Numbered from the whole stretch's first letter, positions 11,373 to 26,809 are shown. The stretch is 61,224 bases of DNA, filler included, from Dugesia japonica (GCA_001938525.1; 4 parts of 4 records of this genome joined end to end with filler, not necessarily neighbours in it); one strand, 5' to 3'. Program-made: numbers and translations. The notes: generated by a model not told the origin, from the sequence alone.

Positions 11373-12951
<1,579 letters not shown>

Positions 12952-13299
12952 AGAAGATAGCCCCCAAAGCCCGTTGGACCGGTGCCAGAACTTATAAAAA
13001 GAATTATAACGATACACAAAAGAGTAGTAAAAAAATTTTTTAATAATTTTTATTTATTTTTAAAAATATTTAAATTAGATCAAAATTTTTAAATAAAAGT
13101 GGAAAATTTTGTTTTCCACTATTCATGTTAAGACAATTGTACTATTTTTAGTGGATTTATAATGACATCAAACGAAAAACGGTCACTTTTGAGAAGTTTA
13201 CAGTAATTGTGAAAAATATTTTTTTCTATTTCAAAATAATACATTCAATATTTCTTATTATTCTTCCATTATTAATTAGTTTTAATTTAAAACTCTTAT

Positions 13300-14200
13300 C
13301 TTGCTTTTTTCTCTATTATTATTGTTGTTCCTTCATATTTATTTTCATTCTTATGTGGACTTTTTCTTTTAATTAAAACTTCGTCAACAATATCTAATTT
13401 TCTTAATTTTGGAAATTTTCATAGTTATTTAAATTGTTTATAATTCTTTAACGCTTTAAATTTCTTTCATTTAAATTTGTTTAATCATTTCTAACAATCC
13501 ATTCTTTGAGTAATTTTTTCCAAAAAAACTATTTCAGTAGTAGATCTATTGATTGTTCTCTGAATAGTTGTGTTTATCATAAATTCTATTTCNNNNNNNN
13601 NNNNNNNNNNNNNNNNCATTTTCTTATCCTTTAAACTAACATGAATTGTATTTCTTAAATTTCTGTATCATTCCTTTCATTAATTTTAATTCAAATATCT
13701 TGCTTCTATCTGTAATGATGGATTTGAGTTTGCCGAATTTATATATCAAAATCTCTTCGTTTATCACCTGCAAATCTTCGTCTTTTTTGCTATGGCTGAC
13801 ATGGAAACACATTTGCTGAATTGATGGATCATGACTAAAATAAATTTCTTCTTTAATTCATATTCATCAAAATAGGCTTTATCAATAAAAATCTGTTCTG
13901 ACGGTTCAAATTCAGTCCGAGATAGTAGTAACTCCTTTGTTTTATATGTATATGTTTTCAGTTGATTGTAAATTAAGCAATTTTTTAAAACTCCTTTTCA
14001 TTTGTTCTAAACATATTTGGCCAGAAATAAATTGCTTTTATATATTTAGTTAATATTTTAATTCCCAAGTGACAATTTTTAAAGAATTTAATTTATTAAG
14101 TAAGCCAATAATTTATCTGCTAAAACAATCTTCATATATTTATCAGCAAACAGCAANATATCTTCTTTCATAACGAATTTATCAATATCTCTAAAATATT
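13300..14200 (-). pseudogene. Ty3/Gypsy integrase fragment (decayed)
   Basis: CHLGIK...FWPNM...NC zinc-binding region, then IFIDKAY...ILVMIHQFSK catalytic core; many indels. Confidence 0.7.
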
Positions 14201-14379
14201 TACTTTTAATAATGACAAAAAAAATCTAGCTGGTGACCAAACGAAAGAAGAAAGGCAAAATATTTTTAAAAATCTTCCACAANNNNNTATGGGATTAAAT
14301 ATCATTTGAAATTATTATATCAATATCCTTTTATCAATTGATATTTAAGTATAATTTATTTTAAAAATTGTTTTCATAC

Positions 14380-15050
14380 ATCAAATATTCTTTGAACTTC
14401 AATCAGATCATTATAAATTTTAAACATATTTCTAAAGCTTAATTTTCAAGTATAAATCATCAAGATTTAAGCCAAATTTAAATTTTCAACTGTTTTTTNN
14501 NNNAAGACTGTTGTTTAGTAAATTATAATATATTTTTATCCAACTCATTTTTACTTTCAGACAGTAATGTTGTGCTATCATCTACATAGTTTTTAAATAT
14601 TGAATCTTGTTTGAAATTCACAGCCCTATGTATTTTTTTATNNNNNNNNNNNNNNNNNNNNNNNNNNNNNNNNNNNNNNNNNNNNNNNNNNTTTCTAAAG
14701 CTTAATTTTCAAGTATAAATCATCAAGATTTAAGCCAAATTTAAATTTTCAACTGTTTTTTTCAACAAGACTGTTGTTTAGTAAATTATAATATATTTTT
14801 ATCCAACTCATTTTTACTTTCAGACAGTAATGTTGTGCTATCATCTACATAGTTTTTAAATATTGAATCTTGTTTGAAATTCACAGCCCTATGTATTTTT
14901 TTATCACTTGCACACCTAATTGTATATACATTTATAGTAGCCCCCAGTGCACAATTTAGACCGCTTTAGGGTCATTTGTAAGTATTTATTTCTTCACCTA
15001 AATCTTTGGAGGATTTTACTTTTTTACAGCAGCAGGAAGATCACTTAGAT
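14380..15050 (-). pseudogene. Polinton/Maverick protein-primed DNA polymerase B fragment
   Basis: DLPAA...KIHRAVNFKQDSIFKNYVD...KKYYNLLNNSL..KTVEN (motif B region). The block is duplicated across the N gap. Confidence 0.7.
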
Positions 15051-15437
15051 NATTGTGGAGCTCATTATGAATTTCTATATGAACGTCTATTGTGTAACCA
15101 TATTGTAATACAATTTTTATCATTATTGGAGAAGCATTTTCTTTTGTGAGAGTTTCAACTTTCATTTGGAAAAATAAGGAATAGTGAATAAAAAAAATCA
15201 AACGTTTATATCTGTTTTAAAATATATGTGCTTTATAAATGTGCTTTTATATGTGCTTTATTAGAATGATTTATTCTAGAGCATTCTAATTAAAATTAAA
15301 TTATTAATGAAATGTACTAAAATTTTTTTTTTAAATTCATTGTTTATACTAAGTGTTTACTTTTGAAATTTGTTTCACATTAAAGAAGAAATAAATATTA
15401 AACATGATATAATGCGAGAATATTTGGAAAATGTTAT

Positions 15438-16030
15438 AGTAGTGGGATATGTGCGTACGGCCGCACATACCTTTCGTCAACCCCTCTCCCTACCTGGGAC
15501 TTCAATTTGATTGGTCGCACACATGTTACCTATTATTTGAGTGGTAGAAAATTTTAAGTTTGTGATTACATAATTGATGCCATTAATACTGAAATTTGAT
15601 TGGTCCAAATTATGTGTATGTTGATTACATAATGATAACACAATTTTTGTGAAATAATGATGAAACGACTACGTGATCATTACATAACAATTATTTTGTT
15701 TAAATTAAGTAAAATTAAAGATTTTTTGTTTAAATTAATTGAAATTATTGATTTTTTGTTAAAATTTACAAAATTGTGATTCGTTGTTTAAATTAGTCGA
15801 ATTTAATGATTATTTGTTTTAAGTTTAATGATATTAATAATTTTTGGATTTCTTCATGGAAATCTATTGAAAAGCTTGTTTTTTTAAATTAAACAATAAT
15901 GATATTAATGGTAATGTTAGCATTCTCTGCACAATATTAATGTTAATGTTAATATACCCTGGACAAAGTTTATGTTAACATTAACATCCACCGAGCAATA
16001 TTTGAATCATAATGTTCTCAAATGATGTTA
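15438..16030 (+). mobile_element. Probable Polinton terminal region with subterminal ~31-bp tandem repeats
   Basis: Begins AGTAGTGGG, followed by the hairpin TATGTGCG-6nt-CGCACATA. Its TTGTTTAAATT and AATATTAAT repeat blocks recur at 26810-27270 beside pPolB. Confidence 0.5.
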
Positions 16031-16129
16031 AATAGAATGAAAAAAAGTTAGTGACAGTGTAATAAAGCCAGTTAGGAATGAGAGAAAATCCATTGGGTGT
16101 GGGTGTGTGTGATAATTTCATTGAAGNGA

Positions 16130-16395
16130 AAGATTTCTAGTGTAAAGTGGAAGAATGTCAGTAGAGTAGATGAATACCAGTAAAGAGTGGAGAATACTAG
16201 TAGATAGTGAGAGAAAACAGTGGATAGTTGGAGAAAACCAATGAATAGTCAGAGAATACTATTGGTAGGGATAGAAGACCTATGAATAGTGAGTGAATTC
16301 TATTGAATAGTGAGGAATACTAATGTTAAGTGGAAGAATATCAGTAGAGAGTAGAAGAGTACTAGTCGATAGTGGAGGATTACGAGCAGACAGTC
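16130..16395. repeat. Degenerate ~20-bp minisatellite
   Basis: Recurrent (G/A)ATAGTGGAGAATAC-like units. Confidence 0.7.
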
Positions 16396-16401
16396 AGTAA
16401 G

Positions 16402-16600
16402 TGGGCTATCGTATTACCAGAAAATAACTTTTAGCGATTGTTTATTTCACAGAACATTTTAAACACTATTTGTATGGACAGAGATTTCGATTAAGAACTG
16501 ATCATAAAGCAATAACGTTTATGTTCAAGATTAAAAGACCAATAACACCACAATTTCAGACTTGGATCAACCATCTTAAAAGTTTGGATATTAAAATAAA
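16402..16600 (+). pseudogene. Ty3/Gypsy RNase H fragment
   Basis: GYRITRK*LLAIVYFTEHFKHYLYGQRFRLRTDHKAI. Confidence 0.85.
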
Positions 16601-16678
16601 AATTAAAATTGTAAAACATTACATAAAAATTATATGTTAACACTACAAAATTCAAAATCAATATATGAAAATCTAAAC

Positions 16679-16778
16679 NNNNNNNNNNNNNNNNNNNNNN
16701 NNNNNNNNNNNNNNNNNNNNNNTTAATTAATTAANNNNNNNNNNNNNNNNNNNNNNNNNNNNNNNNNNNNNNNNNNNN
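16679..16778. other. Artificial scaffold linker N44-TTAATTAATTAA-N44
   Basis: Same 100-bp linker occurs three times; the core has stops in all six frames. Confidence 0.95.
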
Positions 16779-19027
16779 AAGTTTGAGATTTGAAAAATTT
16801 TATCTTCACCAGTAAAATTTTGTAATAAAATTTCTAAAATTATTTTTCTTCCTGCTGTTTATATTGTCCATAGATTAAATTTGATAATTAAATTTCCCGT
16901 TTTTGAAAGATGTTTTCGTAAGTCTTAGTAATTAAGATTATCAAGTTTTTGGTTATGAAAAAGTTGTTTTTAGTAAGTTTTGATATTTCACTTTCTAGAC
17001 TCATCATTTCTGTATGAAGATTTTTTGATCAGATTTGTTACTAAAATATAAATAAAATATGTTGCAAGATAATATACGCAGCTTCTAATTGTTGAGATAC
17101 TTTGGGGATTGTACCCAAAATAACTGTGTTTAGTTATAAATTTATTAGTTTAACAACGCAATATATCGAACTATATAATTCGTCTTATAACCTTAAAATA
17201 TTTACTATAGATAAATCGATAATTATAAATATGATATATAGTAGCTCCCATGAAATAATAAATAAAACTATTACTTTTCAAATTTATATTGCGAATAAAA
17301 AATACAACATTAACTATAGTTGTTAAAAAATATAAGACGAGATTTTTATAGGGTTTAAAAATGTGTTTCACGACTGTATTTATACTCTTTTTGACATGCT
17401 ACTACGTAAATATTGAAATACTTTACAAAATAAATAAAAACTCTTTCAGAATAAATAAATATTTTTTTTGAAATACATAAAATTTACATATTTTCTTATT
17501 TTCCACATTTTCCGCATTTACAAATCAATCAATTNNNNNNNNNNNNNNNNAAAAAAAGTCTTTTATGATTGACTTATTTACCATATAATGATAATATTAA
17601 TTGTCAAAATATAATTCATATAAATATAGTCAATTATTCACGTAAAATATTCACAATATCAAATAATCATATAATTTGGATTGGATAGGATGAAATATAA
17701 TGTCCAATATTCACAATGTCAAATAATCATATAATTTGGATTTGATGGGATCATTTTTGGATTGATTGATTGTAATTTGGTTGACTCAGTTTGAATTCTA
17801 ATATGTTTGGATGTTTTATGTTTTGTTATGTATATTGTGGATGCGTGCATGCGTGTGTATTTAAAGTTGGTTTGTTTTTTCCCCAGCTAATTTTCCCCCT
17901 TCGGAAGAAGATGCACCCGCATCTTGAGTAAGAAATAAAGTAAAGAATGGACATCACATATGGTGTAATCCGGAAGGTATTTGGTTGAAACAGGGCTAAT
18001 TTAATTTACAAGGATTAAACGCTTCCTCAATATTTGTTAAAGTGGGGTATGAAGACGTAGACCGTGAAAATATGTCTAGTGGTTGTCGTTGTTTTGTAAG
18101 GTTTTAATTTTAGGTTCTCTCCCTTTAGACTTTCTACAGTGGTCAGTTATTTTTCTAGTTCTTTTTGTTCTTTCTTTTCCTTGGTTTGGACAATCCGAAC
18201 TTGCGCATACACCACAGTAACTGATGAGGTGTGTATAAACCAAAACTATTTTTACGTGGAGTTGATGTGCACGTTGATGGATTGGAATGTATAATGATTG
18301 GCAGTGGTTAGATTAGTACTGTTGTGCTAGAACGCCCTAAACCAGAATGAGAAACGATAGACAAATAAATAAAGTTAGAACGGACAAAACTAGAGAAATG
18401 TAAAAGTATCACAGACGAAAATATTTACGAAAAATCGTTGTTGTCAGAAGTTAATTGTTATGAAAGTAATAGTATCCTAGGGAGCTTGATTGTCATGGAG
18501 TTTTGGCGTTGTGGAATCAATACTAGTACATATATTTGAGTAGACTTATTAAGATTTTTACAAAATTAGTACATATCCTATTAAATTAATGCTAAAAATA
18601 TTAACACACTTAATAAAATCACTGTTTACCTAATAAATGTATGTGTATGATCTATTACTTTTGAAAATAAAAATACATAAGAGAACAGATAATAAATAAC
18701 AATGTGATTAATAAGAAACACAATTAATTAAAATGACTACATTTCACTTAAAATATTTATTTATGAAATTGATCTTCTCATTGTATCTATTTATCCTCTG
18801 TGTAACCACTACTTTTCTGCATCTTCATAATATGGTGGCTACTATTCTTTTCCACATCATACTTGATTGTACAACTTTGTTACTATGTCGTTCATTTTAG
18901 TGATATAATGATTCAACCAATCATGTTATACTTACATTACCCCATCCAATTTGTACATGTACATACACCCAAACTTATATTACTTATTAGGTTTTAGTCT
19001 TACTAATAATAATAACAATAATAATAA

Positions 19028-20813
19028 TGTTGGGGCTTCATCTGAGTTGGGGTTAGAAAATTTATGGCTGGGGAAAAATCAGCCATCAGCGGATCCCTTC
19101 AAGAATTTATCTAATGTCCCTTATTAGATTTTCCGTACAGAGCGGTTGACTACCACCGTTTACTTGTAGTACTCACTCGTGTACCTTTGGTTTGGGTTCA
19201 TTATTTTCCCTTCGTATTTGTTAAAGAAATTAAGAATTCGCTAATATTAACATTTATTTTTAACTATTTGCATGTAATCGAGAGCACCCGGGTCTAATCA
19301 CTGGGTAGGCTCTTCAAGTAAAAAATGATAAAAGCGGCATCATCGTCGATGTCATCCCACCGGATCCATGCTTTGTTTCCCAATTGGCTAGATAGATCTG
19401 ATATATAATGTTGTAGGAAGTCAATTTTATAAAGGAGCAACTGTTTTGTCTGTTCCGCCAACTCGCCCTATTTTTTCATGTCAAGTTTCTTAATTAAGCG
19501 GTTTGTTTGTGTGAGATGTCGCAGGAGTGCCCTCTCGTTTTGCCGCTTAATGTGGCGTTCTAAAAGTAACTTTTGAATCAGGCGATGACACCTACGTAAA
19601 CTGGTGGATAACTGAATACAAGGCACTAAAACAGATAATAATCATTAGATTAAAATATAGACTGATCAAATTCTATTAGTTACCAAAAATAGTTATGAAG
19701 TACCAATCAAAAACTAGCAAAATAAATCAGTACAAAATCAAGGAGATTTTTATTTACAAATGACAAGCAGATGTAGAGGTCATGGCCGTGATGTTTGTAT
19801 GCTCCTTATCGTTCATAAGCGGTTCAAGCGGCATGGCTTTCTTTAAAGTTAAAATATCAGCTACCAGTTTTTTTACGGTCATTGAGGGACCGGATGATCT
19901 CTACAAAAGACTCGATTTGGGCCTTCCAGAGTCTCTCCTGCGCGTAATTGGCTTCTGCTTTCCGAAACGCTATACATTTCGCCTTTTACCTCTTTACTTT
20001 ACTTTTCGCTGTAGACGTGTCGGCCTTCCAACGACGCTTGGCGAGACGATATAAGTCCCAGGTCATTTTCTGGTCTTCGCTCATTTCTCTTACTTTTTAG
20101 TAGGTGCAGATAATCGGTTCAGTGATGAGTGCACTATAAACATATCATTATTAATTACGGAAGATCAAAGATCAGAAAATNNNNNNNNNNNNNNNNNNNN
20201 NNNNNNNNNNNNNNNNNNNNNNNNNNNNNNNNNNNNNNNNNNNNNNNNNNNNNNNNNNNNNNNNNNNNNNNNNNNNNNNNNNNNNNNNNNNNNNNNNNNN
20301 NNNNNNNNNNNNNNGTTTCTGTTCTGGACTGTGATTGGCATATTTTTACAATCCTTCTCAAGACTCTCCTGGTGATGGTAGAACTTTCCTGTTACGAAAT
20401 TCTATTGTACAGTTACCTTCTCTTTCCAGTTTATCTTATTGAAAGCCCCTGTTGTTTTTTTGAACGGATATATCTTCGAAAAACAGATTTTTGTCTAATT
20501 TTAAATCTTTTTTGTCTAAAATTAATTAATATTTTCCTGCTAATTAACCATTATTTTCAATATTAATTTCTTTGTTTTTTTTATAATTAATTATTTTTCT
20601 TTAAATTAATATTCTTGATTAAAGATGATACATCCATCTATCCGATATTCTCTTTCTTCGTTTTGCCTTTTTCTTCCGATTTTATTAATTATAAACTTTA
20701 GCCACCTAGTGATTATTCTTAATTAACTNTTTTCCGGCCCCTTACTTTATTATTTTCTGATTTTGGGTCCCTGGCCTTGATTTTCTTCTAAAATCGGGTG
20801 TTTTACCCCAACA
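19028..20813 (-). mobile_element. TGTTGGGG...CCCCAACA LTR-like element, copy 1 (gapped or internally deleted)
   Basis: 8-bp terminal inverted repeats; flanks ATAA/ACAA within an (AAT)n tract. Retains ORF A (acceptor before 20133) and ORF B (acceptor before 19625). Confidence 0.85.
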
Positions 20814-20826
20814 ACAATAATAATAA

Positions 20827-20878
<52 letters not shown>

Positions 20879-20890
20879 TAATAATAATAA
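20814..20890. repeat. (AAT)n microsatellite
   Basis: Seen directly. Confidence 0.95.
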
Positions 20891-21850
20891 TGTTGGGACG
20901 AAACCCAACTAGTTCATTACAAAAAAAGAAAGCTACAAAACGCAAAATAAATGATAAAATTACAAAATGGAAAGAAAACCCAAATAATAAAAAGCTTTAT
21001 TAAACAACTAAAATTAAATGTCATCCAATTGTCGGAATGTCCTCGAATTATTTCATAAATCCACCAAGGAACGAAGTTAATGAAATATCCTATAAAAACA
21101 ACTTAAATTAATTAATAAACAATAAATTTTCATAGAAAAGTTACTAATGTCCAGAAAATCCAGAACAAATTTTGAGAAAATGATTTTGGATTTTGGTCGA
21201 GAGCAGTCAATGGAAAAGCAACCTAGTGAAAATACTAGTATAAAAAGGCTAAAAAATATACAAAACTTAACCTTAACAGTCTTGTGATTTGACACAACAT
21301 TTCATGTTTAGTTTGAAATCGAATTTGAATCCAGAACAGAAAATCGATCTAAAATTCAACAAGAAATTACTTATAATTTTAAAAATCCGAATTCAGCCAA
21401 TCAAATCAATAATTAACAGTTGGAGTTTCTAAACTTTTGCCATATTAAATTTTAAATAAAATGTTTACGCGGTTTTTGCTTACTTCCGAAATTGACAATT
21501 ATTTCTGATCAAAGTCATCAATTCACCGTCGACAAAATTATTTCAAAATTGCTAAAATTTCTCTTGCCACGATCTGTCAATCTCAGGAAACAATTTTCAA
21601 TTAAGCAGACAATTCTCGGAAAACTTACTTGATCAATCGGAAAACAATTGTCAATTTGGTAGACAATTGGTGTAATTATGGGCGACATTCATATATAAAT
21701 AGTCATTCTCCAGAGTAGCGAAAATTCTGTTTTTCCAAGCTTTCAAATCATTGCCGCAATTTTTATGAAGTCTACATTCTCAGTCGTGAAACACAATTCA
21801 AGCATAAAGAACTGCTATCGACTCAAATTTGGTATTATTTTAGTCAGAAG
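20891..21850 (+). mobile_element. 5' end of a related LTR-like element
   Basis: Starts TGTTGGGACGAAACCC (compare TGTTGGGGTGAAACACCC); TATATAAATA at ~21693; no 3' end found. Confidence 0.5.
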
Positions 21851-22779
21851 GAAAAGATGACTGACTGTACAAAGTTAAAATAACTTCTTCGAAAAAAAAT
21901 TAACTCAATTTTTATAATCAATCAGTCTATTTGATAGAGAATTTTACGGTTTGTAAGAAAACCATTACTTAATATCGTTATACCTTATAGATAAAAAGTT
22001 ATAGAAAAAAGATGTACTTTAATTTGGAAACTATGAATTTTTTAGAGAAATTCGAATTTTAACATCAAAGAATCTATTCTATAGAGAATTCTACGTTGAT
22101 TAAGGATAACACTGTTAAAAAGTTAAAAAACTTAATCTTAATAAAATAATTTGATAAGACACGTACCTAATATAGGTAACTCTTAGGTAAATATCAACAA
22201 TGATTTACATGAAATAATAAAAATAAATAAAGTATAAACAAACATATTTACAAACTAATATTTATTTAAATAAATCTGATTGCTTATCTGTATTGTTTTG
22301 TTGTTTATCCTTTACAATCATGTTTTTAAATACTTCATAACATGAATAGTAACAATCACATCTATTATCGATCACTTTATAAAACTTTAATTGATACTTC
22401 TATATCTAAATTGGTAAGATTACTCGCATTCTTCCAATATTCGTCTTTTGACTAACATTTTGATTTTTCTTTAAAATCTTGAATATCATCTAGTACTTCT
22501 TTTACAATATCTAAAAATAGTATTATTAATAATAATTTAAAAAAGAATTTACATAAAATATTCCAATGATGTTCTTTCAAAAATGCATCTAATAATTCAT
22601 TTTTAATAGTCAACTCTTCTTTTAAGGGTAACATTTGAAAAGTCAATATTGAGTACAGTTACGGAATTTAAACAACTTTAATAATAATAAGAAAAATAAA
22701 TATTAATTATAAACCAAATTAATTTAATTTTTAATAAATTAACTATTTAAATAATTTCAATAAGAATGTTCTAGAATCC

Positions 22780-23440
22780 ATTGTTTTACTGTATCAACAA
22801 CATGAAGTTGTTAAATGGAAGCTGCAGTCAAGATAATATTTAAAGACGGCAGACTGATTTAGGAAAAGAATTTTTAACTCAACAATTAAAAATATTATTG
22901 ATCATCTAAAAATTAACCATTATTCTGTATTTTCACAATTCAAAGAAGTATACATTGAAAGATTTAATTGAACATTGATATAAAAAAGGACTTTGTACAT
23001 ACTGACAATAAAACCTGGATACATGTATTGCCGAAAATAATCAACAGTTTTAATCATACAAGTCATAAGGGATTTAATTGAGGAANNNNNNNNNNNNNNN
23101 NNNNNNNNAATTCAATGAAATTATGGTTATTGAAATAAAAACTAAAAGCAATTACAAAACCTTAATACGAAGTTGGGGCGATTATGTAAGAATCTCAAAG
23201 ATATCAGCTTCTCCATTCATCAAAAATTTCAATAATAATTTGAGAGAGGAAGTGTTTCAAAATTCAAAAATCATTCTCAAGCAGAATCCAATCATGTATG
23301 TGATTAAAGATCACGAAGAAAAAATCATTGTTGGAATATTCTATGAAGAATTACAAATCATTCCTCAAACAACATTAATAATTTATGGTGCATTTGAAAA
23401 TAAAATTCAAATTACTTCCAAAAGAAAAATATTGCTTTAA
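22780..23440 (+). pseudogene. Polinton/Maverick retroviral-like integrase fragment
   Basis: HYSVFSQFKEVYIERFN*TL...WIHVLPKIINSFNHTSH...GDYVRISK...EEVF...YVIKD...IVGIFYEELQ. Confidence 0.8.
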
Positions 23441-23449
23441 ACAATCTCA

Positions 23450-23790
23450 ATGTTATTTAATTATTTCAATTCAGATCGACAAAATAGGTAAAGAATGGCT
23501 AGGATCAGATTGGTTAGGAGTATATTCATTAGACAAAATTCCATATATTCCAGTTTAAAAAGTAATAATCGTCAGTTCTCAGTCCTCAAACATCAGAGGT
23601 GCACATTGGTTAGCAGTTTATCATAAACCGGAACATATACTAGTATTTGATCTATTTGGATTTTATTATCCACCAATACTTGTCTTGGAACTATCAAGTT
23701 TATCCGAGCCTATTATCTATAATAGAACACAGTACCAGCAATGACTAACGAAAACATGTAGACAACATTGCCTAATATGGCTAAGAAAAC
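23450..23790 (+). pseudogene. Polinton adenovirus-like cysteine protease
   Basis: WLGVYSLDKIP...GAHWLAVY...VFDLFG...YNRTQYQ...TCRQHCL gives the His/Asp/Cys triad pattern; lies directly after the integrase. Confidence 0.8.
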
Positions 23791-23989
23791 AGTATGGTGG
23801 ATGAAATTTTGTATTGAAATAAATGTATTGTATACAAAACGGTGTTACTATTTTCTTTGTAATTTTACTGTACGTTTTATTAAGAATATTTTTATTATAC
23901 CATTGGCAATGAGAAAAGATCAAAAGATCATGAGAATGAGATCAACGCCTTAATAAAAAAAATTCATAAATGGAAAAAGTATTTATTAT

Positions 23990-24701
23990 TAACTTCAAAT
24001 ACAGTCCAGATTATTAGAAAATCTGCGTATTTGTTTTTTTGAATTTTAAGTCAAATGATTTGAATTTTATTATCCTAACTTGATCGATTTTGATCAAGGT
24101 GATTATACTCTACAATTTAAATTTGCAAATTGAAGTATAATCTTATTTAATTTTGTAATTTTATAATAATACAATTTACATATCGCAGTTGCGAAATTCC
24201 AAATTAAAATATCTTAATTGATTATCTAGTAAATTTTAACAACGACTTAAGCTAAATTTCAAGTGCGAATTCAATCAATAACTCTAATCTAATTAATTTC
24301 TGTTTTTTCTGTGCAGAAACAACTTTTTATTTATATAAATTTGTGACCAAAAAAATAATTACTTATTTTGGCTTGGCCAATAAAATAAATTATTATAATT
24401 AGACAATATCTATTTTTGGTAATTTTTATATTCCCCAATTTGTACATTTTTAAATATAAATTACTATTTTTGTTAATTATTTTTTAATTATTATTTTAAA
24501 TACTATTTTTAGTATTTAATTTTGATATTTATTTATTTTTAGTAATATAATACATTTTAATTCTATTTTTAGTAATTTCTTAATTTTTCTATTGAATGAC
24601 TGTATAATTAATTATTATTAATTATTATCAATTATTATCTATAATAATATTTGCTTGTACAAAACATAAAACTGAGGCAGGATTCACACAAAACCTCATA
24701 T
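23990..24701 (-). mobile_element. Partial inverted copy of the TGTGAGGTT solo-LTR family (see 42304-43523)
   Basis: GGATTCACACAAAACCTCATA and CAGTCCAGATT...AATCTGCGT are near reverse complements of sequence at 42304-42325 and ~43015-43040. Confidence 0.6.
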
Positions 24702-25869
24702 TATTGAATTACCAAAATAATTCTTGTATAGTGGACATGGTCCTAGAAAAAAGTAATCTTATATTTACCATAAATATTACTATACAACTTTAATTACTTT
24801 TCCATAAATGATGCCAGAATACCACGAGAGTTGCATTAATAAAATAAAAAGCAAAGAAAAAACATACAGTACTTAAAATATACCGAAATTGTAATTATTT
24901 TTCATAAGAAGCATGGCATACCAGGTATCACGTTTCTAAAATTTATACTAAATAAAGAAAATATTCATAGAAAATAGAGAAAAATAAGGATAAATATAGA
25001 GAAATAGGAAAAATTTAACAAAATATGGAAAAATAGAAAAAATGGGTAAATAGTAGTAAATAAGGACAAATATTGAAAATGATGAAAAATAGAGAAAATT
25101 GATGAAAAGTTACAAAAATTGATAAATTTAGCATATTCAATGACTATATGTACAGAATTAATTTAATTCTTGGCGAGAAGATTTACGTTTTATAATATTT
25201 TCTGTGCAAACTCATACTTTCCAATGATAAAACTCGTATTTTCTATGATAAGACCATTATTACAATGATAAAGTTAGTACTTTGAACGTGGAACCATTAT
25301 TGTCCATGTTGAAACTCATATTTTCAATAACGAAACCATATAATAATGTATAAGTTTTAGTCAAATGACTGATTTTACTGACTGATAATTAGGCATTTAA
25401 AAGAAAATAAACCCTTAAACCCATAGTACATGAAGGAACTAATGAGCAATCAGAGATGCAAACAGATGATTATGAATGAAATATATTTTATTGAAAAGGA
25501 TACATATAATTAAAACAGAGTCTAAGTGACACGTAATAAATGCACACGTATAGTCTATTACATAATCAACAACATGATATTTGATCTATTATATAATAAT
25601 TAATTTATAGTTGGTATGTTTAGTAAGAAATAATCCACTGGAAAAGAAAAAGAAGAGAAGGATAAAATAAGTATGTTTGAGATAAAACCAATAAAGAGTA
25701 GGAGAGAAGAATATTAAAATTACTAATTTATTTCTATAAAGATTAGCAGTACCTATCTTTTTTAATCTTCTCTCTCTCTTTTCTGGTGGATTATTTCTTA
25801 TTTAACATAGCAATATTAATTATTACATAATTACTTGATATATTCATCCTTATTAGAAATTAAAACTAC

Positions 25870-26330
25870 AGCTTGAAGTTATAGTTATTAGCGATTATGA
25901 AACAATGGGTTAGGTCGAGGTATCTGATAATCCAGTTGTTGATCCGATTGTTGGTTTGATTGTTCATTCAGTTAATGTTCCGACTGTTGATCTAGTTGGT
26001 TGTTCTACTGATCTTGATACGGAAATAGGTGATGAATACAAGGTTTTAAGTAAATTTTTAGAAGAGGAAGCTCAAGTTAGTGCTTCTCTTAATATTGATG
26101 ATCCTGTTGTTGAAACTCATTTGCATAAATATTATCGAATATTAAAATAAGATGTTTCTAATTATAATATGAGAAAAATTGATCTGACTGAAAAATTAAT
26201 AAAGAAATTATTTGGTTTAATTAATTAAATGAAACATGTTAAAATTCAATTCTGTATATAAGTTGAATTTATTATGGATGAGGAAATAAAGACTTGTAGG
26301 TTATCTAATAGAACTGTTTCTTTGACCGAT
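25870..26330 (+). pseudogene. Polinton pPolB N-terminal fragment (second copy)
   Basis: KFLEEEAQVSASLNIDDPVVETHLHKYYRILK*DVS matches KYLQEVQVCGSLDESVIETDLHKCHQILKLDVS at 30095-30388. Confidence 0.65.
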
Positions 26331-26373
26331 AATTTCTTTTATGTAGTTAGTAAATGTTGGGTATTTAAACTCA

Positions 26374-26803
26374 TCAATACAATTTTATGTATTTTTGTTG
26401 TAATGCGGGTGTTAGATAGGCAAATCTAATGCAGTTGTTCTGTGGCGTCTTAATTAATAACGTGGATGGTACGAATTGACCTATTTCTGGACTTTTCTGT
26501 TTCTGGAATTCGGTACGTACTAAATTTTGTCTGTGAATTTTGCATGATCTGGAAGAGGGGCATGGTAAAATGTCGGAGAAGGTAATATCGAAATATTGGG
26601 TAATACACGCAAAACAAAAATAATGGTTACATTGTGCTATTCTGGGTAAGAAGGGTTGGTCGTAACAAAAGTGACATGTAGGATCGTGTTCTTCAAGTAA
26701 TGAAATTAAAGCGATATCGCGCCAACTATATTCAAATGGATTTACTGTTCCTCTGTTTTTTGTTTACGATTATATTATTTTTATTTATTTTATTTTGAGT
26801 CAT
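26374..26803 (-). pseudogene. Intronless RING-HC finger gene, RNF10/Mag2-like
   Basis: Frame missing from the ORF track: ...WRDIALISLLEEHDPTCHFCYDQPFLPRIAQCNHYFCFACITQYF...PCPSS...IGQFV. The ATG at 26803 is separated by a one-base slip in an A-run. Confidence 0.7.
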
Positions 26804-26809
26804 GCATGA

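Noticed and set aside
14430-14903. Exact ~210-bp direct repeat (similar case at 59420-59960)
   Set aside because: Identical copies flanking an N gap are a typical scaffolding overlap artefact.
16723-16734. Recurrent TTAATTAATTAA motif
   Set aside because: Synthetic linker; adjacency across it has no biological meaning.
20742-20945. Poly-Ile/poly-Tyr ORF
   Set aside because: Translation of the (AAT)n microsatellite.
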